Part shown: positions 22,845 to 35,150 of the stretch, in pieces
Layout of the letters: every line of letters begins with the position of its first letter
Numbering within the stretch: position 1 is the stretch's first letter
DNA from: Octopus sinensis
Taxonomy: Eukaryota
Length of the DNA stretch: 46,758 bases
Assembly: GCF_006345805.1 (NCBI RefSeq)
Contig: NW_021834676.1
Location: forward strand, 1 to 46,758
Direction of reading: 5' to 3'
Notes under the pieces: model-generated
What the model was told of the DNA's origin: nothing
The model's input: the letters and a program-made list of their open reading frames with translations, nothing else
The model's database searches: none
Translations under genes and position numbers: made by a program

Positions 22845-22865
22845 GTTAGCATGTGTGTACATGTG

Positions 22866-22900
<35 letters not shown>

Positions 22901-23635
22901 AAGAAAGACTGTATGTTTGTGTGTGTGTATGTGTGTGTGTGTGCGTGTGTGTGTGTTTGTATGTGTGTGCATAGGACTGAGAGAGAGAGAGAGAGAGAGA
23001 AAGGAAGACTGTGTGTTTGTGTGTGTGTGTGTGTGTGCGCGCGCGCGTGTGTGTGTGTGTGCATGCGTACGTGTGTTAGTATGTGTGTGCATGTGATTGA
23101 AAGAGAGAGAGAGAGAAAGAAAAAAGAAAGAAAGAAAGACTGTGTGTTTGTGTGTGTATGTGTATGTGTGTGTTTGTATGTGTGTGCATGGGACTGAGAG
23201 AGAGAGAGAGAGAGAGAGAAAGAAAGAAAGACTGTATGTTTGTGTGTGTGTATATGTGTGTGTGCGTGTGTGTGTGTTTGTATGTGTGTGCATGGGACTG
23301 AGGGAGACAGAAAGAAAGACTGTGTGTTTGTGTGTGTATGTGTGTGTGTGTGCGTGTGTGTGTGTGTGCATGCGTACGTGTGTTAGTATGTGTGTGCATA
23401 TGATTGAGAGAGAGAGAGAAAGAAAAAAGAAAGAAAGACTGTGTTTGTGTGTGTGTATGCGTGTATGTTAGTGTGTGTGTGTGTGTTTGTATGTGTGTGC
23501 ATGGGACTGAGAGAGAGAGAGAGAAAAAGAAAGAAAGACTGTGTTTGTGTGTGTGTATGCGTGTATGTTAGTGTGTGTGTGTGTTTGTATGTGTGTGCAT
23601 GGGACTGAGAGAGAGAGAGAGAAAAAGAAAGAAAG

Positions 23636-23671
<36 letters not shown>

Positions 23672-23760
23672 CGTACGTGTGTTAGTATGTGTGTGTGCAT
23701 GTGATTAAGAGAGAGCGAGAGAGGGAGAGATAGAGAAAGACTATGCGTGCGTGCTTGTGT

Positions 23761-23819
<59 letters not shown>

Positions 23820-23826
23820 CGTGCAT
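22845..23826. repeat. Higher-order compound microsatellite, ~9 units of ~100 bp
   Basis: Unit = CATG(T/G)GA(T/C)TGA + (GA)n + AAAGAAAGACT + (TG)n; starts near 22860, 22970, 23090, 23187, 23291, 23397, 23500, 23598 and 23698. Confidence 0.85.
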
Positions 23827-24028
23827 TGGTGCATATCAAATTCATGAGTTTCTGTGTTAACTGCTGCAAGTTTGTCAGTTTCTACACAGACAACCTCACC
23901 AGACAAACACACACGTATACATATAGGTAAATAGATAAATATTCGCACACGTAAATACACACACACACACACACGCACACACACACACACGTATGTATAT
24001 ATGTATGTATATATAGTTTGTATGTATG

Positions 24029-24049
<21 letters not shown>

Positions 24050-24059
<10 letters not shown>

Positions 24060-24073
24060 GTATATAATATATG

Positions 24074-24111
<38 letters not shown>

Positions 24112-24127
24112 CGTATATATGTATATG

Positions 24128-24163
<36 letters not shown>

Positions 24164-24590
24164 TGTATGTATGTATATGCGGAGCGCATAATATGTTCTT
24201 GTGAGCTGGCTGTTTAAATACGTCTGTATTTTTACACATGCAACAAACTCTGCGCATGTAGAGGCATGTGAGTGTGAACAGCACGCGTGCTTGCGTGTGT
24301 AGAGTGAGAAAGAGAGAAGACAAACGGACAGACAGATTGATAAGAATGAGAAGGATTTGTTTTTTAAAAATATTTGCTCTTTTACTCTTTTACTTGTTTC
24401 AGTCATTTGGCTGCGGCCACGCTGGAGCACCGCCTTTTAGTCAAACAAATCGACCCCACGACTTATTCGCTGTAAGCCAAGTAATTATTCTATCGGTCTC
24501 TTTTTCCGAACTGCTAAGTTACGGGGACGTAAACACACCAGCATCGGTTGTCAAGTGATGGTAGGTGGAACAAACCCAGACACACAAATA

Positions 24591-24655
<65 letters not shown>

Positions 24656-25134
24656 CGTATATATGTATATGTATATATATGTATGTAGTATGTATGTATG
24701 TAATGTATGTATGTATGTATATGCGGAGCGCATAATATGTTCTTGTGAGCTGGCTGTTAAATACGTCTGTATTTTTACACATGCAACAAACTCTGCGCAT
24801 GTAGAGGCATGTGAGTGTGAACAGCACGCGTGCTTGCGTGTGTAGAGTGAGAAAGAGAGAAGACAAACGGACAGACAGATTGATAAGAATGAGAAGGATT
24901 TGTTTTTTAAAAATATTTGCTCTTTTACTCTTTTACTTGTTTCAGTCATTTGGCTGCGGCCACGCTGGAGCCACCGCCTTTTAGTCAAACAAATCGACCC
25001 CACGACTTATTCGCTGTAAGCCAAGTAATTATTCTATCGGTCTCTTTTTCCGAACTGCTAAGTTACGGGGACGTAAACACACCAGCATCGGTTGTCAAGT
25101 GATGGTAGGTGGAACAAACCCAGACACACAAATA

Positions 25135-25199
<65 letters not shown>

Positions 25200-25676
25200 C
25201 GTATATATGTATATGTATATATATGTATGTAGTATGTATGTATGTAATGTATGTATGTATGTATATGCGGAGCGCATAATATGTTCTTGTGAGCTGGCTG
25301 TTAAATACGTCTGTATTTTTACACATGCAACAAACTCTGCGCATGTAGAGGCATGTGAGTGTGAACAGCACGCGTGCTTGCGTGTGTAGAGTGAGAAAGA
25401 GAGAAGACAAACGGACAGACAGATTGATAAGAATGAGAAGGATTTGTTTTTTAAAAATATTTGCTCTTTTACTCTTTTACTTGTTTCAGTCATTTGCTGC
25501 GGCCACGCTGGAGCACCGCCTTTTAGTCAAACAAATCGACCCCACGACTTATTCGCTGTAAGCCAAGTAATTATTCTATCGGTCTCTTTTTCCGAACTGC
25601 TAAGTTACGGGGACGTAAACACACCAGCATCGGTTGTCAAGTGATGGTAGGTGGAACAAACCCAGACACACAAATA

Positions 25677-25717
<41 letters not shown>
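24050..25717. repeat. Tandem triplication of a 544-bp unit containing a SINE 3' half
   Basis: GGAGCGCATAATATG at 24181, 24725 and 25269 (exact 544-bp spacing); units nearly identical. Confidence 0.95.
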
Positions 25718-25720
<3 letters not shown>

Positions 25721-25872
25721 ACGGGCTTCTTTCAGTTTCTGTCTATCAAATCCATTCACAAGGCTTTGGTCCGCCCGAGGCAATGGTAGAAGAGACTTGC
25801 TCAAAGTGTCACGCAGTGGGATTGAACCCCCGTGTGGTTAGGAAGCAAGCTACTTACCACACAGCCATTCCA
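25463..25872 (-). mobile_element. Bipartite tRNA-SINE (3' half triplicated, head single-copy)
   Basis: Reverse complement of 4841-5262; head at 25718-25872. Confidence 0.85.
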
Positions 25873-26039
25873 TATATATATATTGTTGTGTCTGGGGAGA
25901 GTCATTCTCTTTTAGTGCCTTATTATATTTAACACACTCACCAGTAAAGTTTCCACTCATTTACTTATTTATTGTTCCTAAAATTTTCGTTGCGTCTTGG
26001 AAACGTTTTAATACTCTTAGATTTTTTTATGTGTGAATG

Positions 26040-26380
26040 AGCTACTCCGTGTCGGATACCGGAATGATATTTGATCCCTTTATAGAGTGTTTGAATGTCG
26101 GTTTATTGTCTGGAATGGGATTGCTTACCTCATGGACAGATAGAAGCTCTTTAACCTTGGTTGGTAATCTACCTAGAACGAAATCTCCGAAATAAAACCT
26201 GGGGCCTTGGAAGTTCCTGGTTTTGTCAATTTTCATGTCACACCGGCGAAAGTCATCTTTGGCCAATAGGTGGAGGTAGAGAAGTGCAAGCTACACTCAC
26301 TGAAAAGTATTCATCTGCACAGGAACTTCCTGTACACCAAATCTTCGTAAAATCATTGAATTGGTTGGTTGGCAGAAACC
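26040..26380 (-). mobile_element. Degenerate RTE-like 3' fragment
   Basis: GRLPTK..LL..E and TFKHSIKGSNI remnants resembling the RTE C-terminus. Confidence 0.4.
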
Positions 26381-26439
26381 TAAAAATGCACTTGTAACTT
26401 ACTCTAAAATGTTTCAAACAGATTCAGTTAACGGCAAAA

Positions 26440-26705
26440 AAGGCTTGGGAACCTCAGGGGAACAGGTCTGGCTCGGCAGGTGTTCCAGTGTATCACAGGC
26501 TGGACCCAGTCGCCATCCTGCCACTATGGTCAAACAATCTTCAAGTAAAAGTAAAAATAAACATCCTTTGAATTTTGGTTGTTGGAATGTCCGCACGCTT
26601 CTTGATAATAATTTCAACAAGAGGAGAGAAAGGCGTACTGCACTTATTGCATGTGAGCTTAAGAAATATTCCCTTGATATAGTTGCACTCTCTGAAACTC
26701 GCGCC
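26440..26705 (+). mobile_element. RTE-clade LINE 5' fragment (start of AP endonuclease)
   Basis: LNFGCWNVRTLLD...RRERRTALIACELKKYSLDIVALSETR. Confidence 0.85.
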
Positions 26706-27580
26706 TCATGTTCTACGACATTGAGTTATTCCCAACCAGGCATTAGGTCTGATATTTTAAATTGAAGGAAGGAAGATATTTGGTCGTGCATGCCTTTCCC
26801 AAGACAACAATGCACTTGTTAGTGGATGGTGTCTCGAAACTGCGAACTCGTCTCGTTGTTTGTTCACGTTTATCTTGATTTATGAGTCATCCAGAAGTGG
26901 GGAAAATTTGACTGAAAGAGAAACGGAGAAGCAGAAAGAAAGAGACAGAGATGAATGACAGAGACAGACGACATGAACGCGTACCGTAAATGTAGCACCG
27001 CCCTAAATTCATCATGCTATTACCACTTGTCATTCTAGTTAAAATGTGGTGAGATAAATAAACAGAACAGTCGTGGTTTTTTCTTGAGGAAAGAAAGAAA
27101 ACATTCTCAGCATACCGAGATATAAGCCTTATTTATTTATAGTCGATGTGGTTTTTAATGTAAATCCAGTGACTCACTTTCAAACAGAATAATTAAATTA
27201 ATATTTAATTCAAAGTAAGCATACGTTTAACTTTATCATATTCAGTAAACAACCCGAGAAATGTGCACTTTTTTTTTTTCTTTAGTAAAGCATAAAATTA
27301 TTGAGGTTTTCGATTTAGAATACTGGAAATCATTTCCTGACCAGAAACTACAAAACGCATAAATTTCCGTTCTCGGAAATCGATCTGAAAAAATTTTGTT
27401 CATTTGCGACAATTTCATCCGTGAAATAATTTCTGGTAAATTAACCTGGAGAACAAAACTAAATTAATGTAGAGAGAAATATTGAAATATTGAAAACTGT
27501 AACATCTCACGCTCCTCACATACAACCTGATAATAAGACGCGTGTATGTATAGATTATATATATATATATATATATATAT

Positions 27581-28826
27581 TGGGTCATGCCATAAATAAT
27601 GCCGTTTTTCATACTTCTTTTATTTTTCAAAATTAAGATAAAGTTCTTTTTTAATCTAAAATATACTCTCCTTCATTTTCTACAATGCTCTTCCATCTAT
27701 CTGGTAGACTTGCAAGGACCCTTTTCCAAAATCACTTGTCCGTGACGAAAAATACTCTTCCAGTACTGTTCTGACCTCGTCTACAGAATTTGTATTTTTT
27801 CCGTCCAAATAATTTTGAAGACTGCGGAATAAATGATAATCAGATGGAGCAATGTCCGGCAAACATGGTGGGTGGGGCATCGTTTCCCATTCAAAATGCT
27901 GAAGCCTTTGGAATGTCATCCTCGCTGTATGTAGCCAAGAATTATCCTGATGGAAGAACACCTTATCGTCTTGAAACAAAGATAGTCGTTTTTCTTCAAG
28001 CGGTCACTTGAGTCACTCAAGCTGCTTGCAGTAGATCTCCTTTGTTATCATTTGGTTTGGGTTTAAAAGTTCAAAGTGGACTAAACCTTTCATATCTCAC
28101 CAAACAGATAACAACACCTGACGTGGGTGAAGACCTTCTTTAGCCTGGGGCACCGGTGTTTCTCCTTTCACTACCCACTGTCTTCAGCGCTTGACATTTT
28201 TATAGAGAACCCTTTCTCGTCTTCAGTCACTATTCGGTCGAACAAAAGGTTCATTGGTGAAACGTGACAGCAAAGAAAAGCACACATTCACTCTTTGCTC
28301 GCGAGTAGAATCGGAAAGTCTAATCCAATTTGGTGACTTTTCCGATGGCACGCATGTGTCAATGAATGGTTGAATGTTAAAATCCAAGCTTCTCTGCTGG
28401 TTCCTCAACAGTTACGAGGGGATTTTGTTCCACCAAGGCTTGCAGGACGTCCTCGTCGAGCTCTACAGATCTTCCAAGGCGAGGTTCGCCTTTTAAGCCG
28501 TGGTTTCAGGTTCAGAATTTTTGGAATCACCGTTGACAATGGTTTATGCTTATTGTCCAGTTCCCATATACTGCATTAATATTCCTCACACTTTCCATTT
28601 CGATGTTGCCTTTATTAAACTCATAAAGCAAAATATGCCGAATATGCTCTTTTGTCACTTTCATAATAGCTTTGGAAAAATAGTTGTTAAAACTGAACTG
28701 CACTCTTCAACACTTACACTAAGAATAAGTACAAGGTAAAATTACTACCTGCTTTTATAGCAAGTTGATGCGGGTAGTTTATTCTGTCCCCCTCTGACTT
28801 TTAATTCATGCAATTGAAAAAACCGC
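27581..28826 (-). mobile_element. Mariner (DD34D-type) transposon, defective
   Basis: FFHQDN...WETMPHPPCLPDIAPSDYHLFRSL; TIR TGGGTCATGCCATAAATAATGC after TA at 27581; other TIR truncated; inverted relative to 33324-34451. Confidence 0.9.
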
Positions 28827-28829
28827 CCT

Positions 28830-28830
28830 C

Positions 28831-28879
<49 letters not shown>

Positions 28880-29340
28880 TGTGTAATATAATATATAAAT
28901 ATATGCATATATACATACATATATGTGCATACCTACATCTATATGTATATATACATACATATATGGGTACAGGACATTAAAAAATCATTGAACACAACGA
29001 GAAACGAAAACATATATATATATATTATATATATATATATTATATATTATATATATATATATATATATATTGTGTGTGTGTGTGTGTAATTTGTATGTAT
29101 ACAAACACGTGTTCATAATATTGGTTTTGGTAGACGTGGGTGTGTATAACGATATATTTATGGAGCCCCACGTACACACACGCACGCACAAATACATATA
29201 GATGCATACCCATCTAATCGTGTATGTATGTATGTATGTATGTATGTATGCATGCATGTATGTATGTATGCATGCATGTATGTATGTATGTATGTATGTA
29301 TGTATGTATGTATGTATGTATATGTGTGTATGTGTGTATA
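28830..29340. repeat. (TA)n/(TG)n/(TATG)n microsatellite cluster
   Basis: Direct inspection. Confidence 0.9.
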
Positions 29341-29657
29341 CGTGTGGTGTTATATGTTTGTATGTGTGCGTGCATGCGTGTCTACGTATGTGTGGGGTTG
29401 CATGCGCGGGATTTAACTGAAAGACAGTTAAACATGTGCACCGAGAGAAACACGTGTATACACATGTTTAACCTTCAACATCTATACACTACGCCTATAC
29501 GGGGTATACAAGCCTCCCACGCGCACAGATAGGCATGCATATATATGTGTGTGTGTTTGTGTATACACATGCCCTGCATGTGTTGACACGTGTGCACTTT
29601 TACAAACTCGTGTTCATGATTAATGAATATATACAAAATACAAACACGTTTAAATAC

Positions 29658-29732
<75 letters not shown>

Positions 29733-29933
29733 CGTGTGTGCGTGTGTGTGAAATGCCCCCGGACACACGTGTTTAGCCCCTGTGTCTAGATGCGACTATT
29801 TTAATAAATTTTAAATACCAGTAGTTTCGACATAAACATAGACACGTACACATTCACATACAGGAATTACAAAAGATACACACAAATCTATGTGCATATA
29901 TGTGATATACAGAAATATATATGCATACATAGA

Positions 29934-29967
<34 letters not shown>

Positions 29968-29992
29968 CATACATACATACATACATACATAA

Positions 29993-30061
<69 letters not shown>

Positions 30062-30338
30062 ATAGTTAGAAATATGTTACAAAAATGAAAATAGCAACTA
30101 CACGTGGAAATGTAAGGGGAAAGTAAGAAAAATCAACGAAAATGCACATTGTAAATAAAAAAAGAAATGGCTTTTTATGAAAGGTAACGACAGATATATA
30201 TATACAATTAGATGAATTGAGGTAGGAATAAAAGTAATAAAAGTCATTACTGAAGTGATTCAAGATATATAGATATATATATCTTGAATTCAGATATATA
30301 TATATATATAATATATATATATAATATATATATATATA

Positions 30339-31513
30339 CTAGCATTATGACCCGTCGTTGCCGGGTCATAGTGCTAGTGCATGTATATATGTGTATATAT
30401 ATGTGTACATATTACATGTACATCTATATATATACATCTACACATAAAATACAAAATACAAAGTTATATCTTGATATCGCTAGTGATAACAATACTCAAA
30501 ATATATAACAGACTGGAATTGTTAGCCCGTCTCTTGTAATTTTGATCAATTGTATCTTGGCCTCCCTCTTGTATAGAAGTGTGGCTACAATCCAGCCTAC
30601 CTCTACTTCTGGGGGGGGAGGGGATTTTTAATTTATATCCGGGACGTCCTACGTCCCAGATATAAAGGTAAAAATAAAATGTTTCCACTTTACAAGTTCG
30701 AGTCGAGTACTCCCTTGCACGCTCCGTTGACTCGAACCTTGCTTCTATTGTGGCGAATTTACCGCCTCTGGTTAGATATCTTTCATAGTCGCACCAAGAC
30801 ACTTTTCGAAGGTGCTTTCCTCCAGGTGTTTTCTCTACATTGTATACTCTATAGACAATATTCTTTTCTTAAATTTTTTTTTTTTTATTATCCATCTGGA
30901 CTATTCCATTTCTGCACGCTAATTTAATTTTTAATTTATTCCCATTCATGTGAAACCACTTATTCAAGTTCAAGTCATTGATGCAATTTTATACCAATTA
31001 CTATTTTTACTTTTGTTATGTTACGATTATATTATACTTTAGTTTGATTTTAATTATTACTTACTACATATAATTCAATTGTTATTATTATTTTTATTGT
31101 TAAAGTGAAAGCATCTGACATAAAATAGAGAAATGTTTTTGTTTCACTTTTAACATGTAATACTGAAAGAGTGGAGAAGATATGATATTGCTATGGGCTC
31201 GCTCTAGGCAAGAAGTTGAACATTTTTTTGACTATAAAACTACACGGACCCTAAGTAAGACACGTGTAAAATTTGAATGAAATTGGTTGTGTAGTTCTCA
31301 AGTTTTAGCGAATCGTAGTGGAGAAGATATGATATTGCTGTGGGCTCGCCCTAGGCAAAAAGTTAAAATTTTTTTTGCCGATGACACCTTTCGGACCCTA
31401 AGTAAGGCGTGTGTAAAATTTGAATGAAATTGGTTATGTAGTTCTCAAGTTTTAGGGAAACACACAGACAGACAGGCAGACACACACACACACATTCTCA
31501 GTTTTATATATAG

Positions 31514-31514
<1 letters not shown>
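30339..31514 (-). mobile_element. Non-autonomous Helitron with both termini
   Basis: Minus strand starts A|TC at 31514 and ends CTAG|T at 30339; terminal hairpin ACTAGCATTATGACCCG/CGGGTCATAGTGCTAGT (30338-30378); (ACAG)n near the 5' end; 147-bp internal tandem repeat (31170, 31317); inserted in (TA)n without TSD. Confidence 0.85.
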
Positions 31515-31544
<30 letters not shown>

Positions 31545-31571
31545 GATATTCAGATATATATATATATATAT

Positions 31572-31828
31572 ATGTAGGTGGTATACGAGTGGGTATATAT
31601 TTATAAAAAAGAAGTTTGAAAACGCCACTATATAAGATAAATTTTAATTTTCTTAGAAATTTTACGTTTCGGTTCTTCTTGAAAAAACGAACCTTATCAA
31701 AAATATTTTTACAAGTGTTATAAAAAAGTTCATAATTGTTTCTTACTAGTCTCATCAGAGTCGACGTGGTGATTTTTTTTTTGTGGGGGGGAGCATAATA
31801 GCTGTCTTGTGTGTTGACTAGATTCGTA
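31572..31828 (-). mobile_element. Dispersed ~260-bp repeat with two decayed hammerhead-like motifs (probable Penelope-like fragment)
   Basis: Close copy at 44801-45062; minus strand CTGATGAGACTAGTAAGAAAC and TTGATAA-GGTTC...GAACC-GAAACGTA. Confidence 0.55.
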
Positions 31829-31840
31829 TATATATATTTA

Positions 31841-32022
31841 TATTTTCGTCTGTCGTTACGTTCTGAGTTCAAATTCCGCCGAGGTCGACTTTGCCTTTCA
31901 TCCTTTCGGGGTCGATAAATTAAGTACCAGTTGCGTACTGGGGTCGATGTAATCGACTTAATCCCTTTGTCTGTCCTTGTTTGTCCCCTCTGTGTTTAGC
32001 CCCTTGTGGGTAGTTAAGAAAT
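31841..32022 (+). mobile_element. 5'-truncated SINE of the 17071 family
   Basis: GAGTTCAAATTCCGCCGAGGTCGACTTTGCCTTTCATCC...TTTAGCCCCTTGTGGG. Confidence 0.85.
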
Positions 32023-32039
32023 CTATATATATTTATATA

Positions 32040-32850
32040 AAGAAATTGTGTTGCAGTGTATTTATGTATTGGAATCTTGAATTGTGTAGGGGACGTATGG
32101 CCCGTGGTCCTAGCTTTGGATGAATTTTGAACCAAATATTGAGGCCGTTTGGGCAATGCTGGTGGTATATTCTCCACATCGTGCAAATGATGTATTGCTC
32201 ACGGCGGTGCTGGAAAGAGTAGATTTTCAATGCGTTAAGGCGGTCCCAATAATCGAGATCAGTTATACCCTTAATTCGTTTAGTGAGTGCCCTCTGGGTT
32301 GATTCAATTTTCGACATGCTTTGTTTTGTGTGGGGAGACCACAGTGGGGCAGCAATATTCGAGATGTGGCCGTACAAAGGAGGAGAAAAGTGGAATGATG
32401 ACAATTGTTCTCTGGACCGGAAGGTTCTTAGGATCCAAGAGCTCATCCTACAAGTTATATCGACCTTATTGTTGATGATGGCACTCCAGCTGAGATTGTT
32501 ATCAACAATTACTGCTAAATCCCTGATGTTATTAGATGCCGTGAGCGGTTCCCCAGAAGGAAGAGAGTACGGCTGATTTAGTATAGACTTTCTTCCAAAA
32601 TGCGTCAGCTCAAATTTTCCCTCGTTCAGTTGCATTTTGTTTTTGTCTGCCCATTGACTCACAGCATAGAGATCAGACTGGAGTTGAGTTCGATCTTCTT
32701 AGTTGATGATTTTCTGGAGCTTATCAGCAAAAATTTTCACTTTGCTATGTTTTACGATGCTGGAAAGATCGTTTATATAGATTATAAAGAGGAGCGGGCC
32801 CAAGACAGTCCCCTAAGGGACAGCACTGGGGACTTTTGCTGGGTTTGAGT
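32040..32850 (-). mobile_element. CR1/L2-group LINE RT fragment
   Basis: GTVLGPLLFIIYINDL, NKMQLNEGKF, RDLAVIVDNNLSW, IESTQRALTKRI, YWDRLNALKIYSFQHRRE. Confidence 0.85.
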
Positions 32851-32879
32851 GGACTACATCGACAGTGTGTGTTGGTGTA

Positions 32880-32882
<3 letters not shown>

Positions 32883-32929
<47 letters not shown>

Positions 32930-32970
32930 ATAATATATATATATATATAGATATATATATATATATAGAT

Positions 32971-33067
<97 letters not shown>
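32883..33067. repeat. (TA)n/(GATA)n microsatellite
   Basis: Direct inspection. Confidence 0.95.
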
Positions 33068-33170
33068 GAGTGTATTTTTGCCACCATTTATTCTTTTGAA
33101 TAATATCAGTGGAATTTTCGAAACATGTGCCGAAAGTAAAGGTATTTGATTTATACCTGCGTTAAACTCC

Positions 33171-33216
<46 letters not shown>

Positions 33217-33323
33217 TATATACATACATACATACATACATACAAACATATATACATACATACATACATACATACATACATACATGCATACATAGAAGCA
33301 TACATACATACACATACATATAT

Positions 33324-34451
33324 AGAGTCATCCCATGAATAATGCAGTTTTTTCAATTGCATAAATTAAAAGTCGGAGGAGGACGGGATAAACTACCTGC
33401 ATCAACTTGCTATAAAAGAAGGTAGTAATTTTACCTTGTAATTATTCTTAGTGTAAGTATTGAAGAGTGCAGTTTCATTTTAACAATTATTTTTTTAAAG
33501 TTATAATGGAAGTGACAAAAGAGCATATTCGGCATATTTTGCTTTATGAGTTCAATAAAGGCAACAATGCAATAGAAAGTGTGAGGAATATTAATGCAGT
33601 ATATGAGGATCAGACAATAAGCATCAGCCAGTGTCAATGGTGGTTCCAGAAAATCCAAGCTGGAAACTACAGCCTGGAAGACGAATCTCATTCTGGAAGA
33701 TCTGCAGAGCTTGACGAGGACGTCCTGCAAACCCTGTTGGAACAAAATCCCATCGTAACTGTTGAGGAACTAGCAGAAAAGCTTGGAGTTGGTCATTCAA
33801 CCATTCATCGACACCTGTGTGCCATCGGAAAAGTTAGCAAATTGGATTAGACTTTCCAAGTCTAATCGCATGCAGAGATTGAATGTTTGCTCTTCTTTGC
33901 TGTCACGTCTCACGAATGAACCTTTTTCCGACCGAATAGTGACTGGTGACGAGAAAGGGTTCTCTATAAAAATGTCAAGCGCCGAAGACAGTGGGTAGTG
34001 AAAGAAGAAACGCTGGCACCCCAGGCTAAAAATAGTCTGTACTCACGTAAGGTGTTGTTAGCTGTTTGGTGGGATATGAAAGGTTTAATCCACTTTGCAC
34101 TTTTAAACCCAAACCAAACGATAACAAAGGAGATCTACTGCGAACAACCTGAGCGGCTTAAGTGAGCGCTTGAAGAAAAACGACCGTCTTTGGTTTCAAG
34201 ACGATAAGGTGTTCTTCCATCAGGATAATGCTCGGCCACATACAGCAAGGATGACATTCCAAAGGCTGGAGCAGTTTGAATGGGAAACGATGCCCCACCC
34301 ACCATATTCGCCGGACATTGCTCCATCTGTTTATCATTTATTCCACAGTCTTTAAAATCATTTGGACGGAAAAAATATAAATTCTGTAGACGAGGCCAGA
34401 ACAGTACTAGAAGAGTATTTTTCGTCACGGACAAGTGAATTTTAGAAGAGG
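33324..34451 (+). mobile_element. Mariner transposon, defective, 3' TIR missing
   Basis: MEVTKEHIRHILLYEFNKG (HTH), IVTGDEK, HQDNARPH, HPPYSPDIAPS; 5' TIR GAGTCATCCCATGAATAATGC; frameshifts and stops. Confidence 0.9.
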
Positions 34452-34914
34452 TAGTCGCGTTCATGCTGGGGCACCGCCGTTTACTTTGCTACACTTTCAC
34501 TAAACTTCCTCAGATATGTGACATTTGGTGGATGGGGGGGTTGACGTTGCTACCCTCATCTGTGTTTCTTGCCTAGAGGTAGGTTCATCTGAAACCCTTG
34601 ACAAATGACGTAAGAATTGTTTACTGATGTGCGAAGGCGCTGAACGAAAAAAAAACGAAATTTAAATCTTGTACTTGAAGAAACTTAATAACGAAAGCAT
34701 CGTGAATATCACAAACTAAATGTATGCGCGGTATCTGTCCCCTCTTTCTTTTCCCGGACGATTTTGTTTCGCCTAGCTTTGAAGTAGGCTGTGTTTGAAA
34801 AATGATGTACGTTGTTGAAGCTGGAACGTCTTGCCAATCTGCTACTCAGAGTTTCACGCAGTCGATTATCGAAGTGTCTTGTGTCGCGAATATTGAGAGA
34901 AATATTATGGTTTA

Positions 34915-35113
34915 CAAAAAGTATCGTTAGCGCGTCGGTAGAAATACCATGTAGTATTTAATTTGGTTCACTAATTTCTGAGTTCAAATTCACTCGAAGC
35001 CAACTTTGCCTTACATCCTTTCGGAATCGATAAAATTCTAACCGAATACTGTGTCGATAGAATCGACTTTCCCCTCTACTCTTAAAACTTCTGAAATTCT
35101 ACCTAAATTAGAA
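34915..35113 (+). mobile_element. Old diverged SINE of the 17071 superfamily
   Basis: GAGTTCAAATT...CAACTTTGCCTTACATCCTTTCGGAATCGATAAAA. Confidence 0.6.
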
Positions 35114-35119
35114 GTGTGC

Positions 35120-35150
<31 letters not shown>

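Noticed and set aside
26800-27480. Minus-strand acceptor-like sites at 26912 and 27446 as upstream coding exons
   Set aside because: Stops in all three frames after 26912; no signal-like frame or good phase-1 donor after 27446; non-coding exons cannot be excluded
27581-34451. Composite transposon formed by the two mariners
   Set aside because: The outer TIR of the right copy is missing and both transposases are broken
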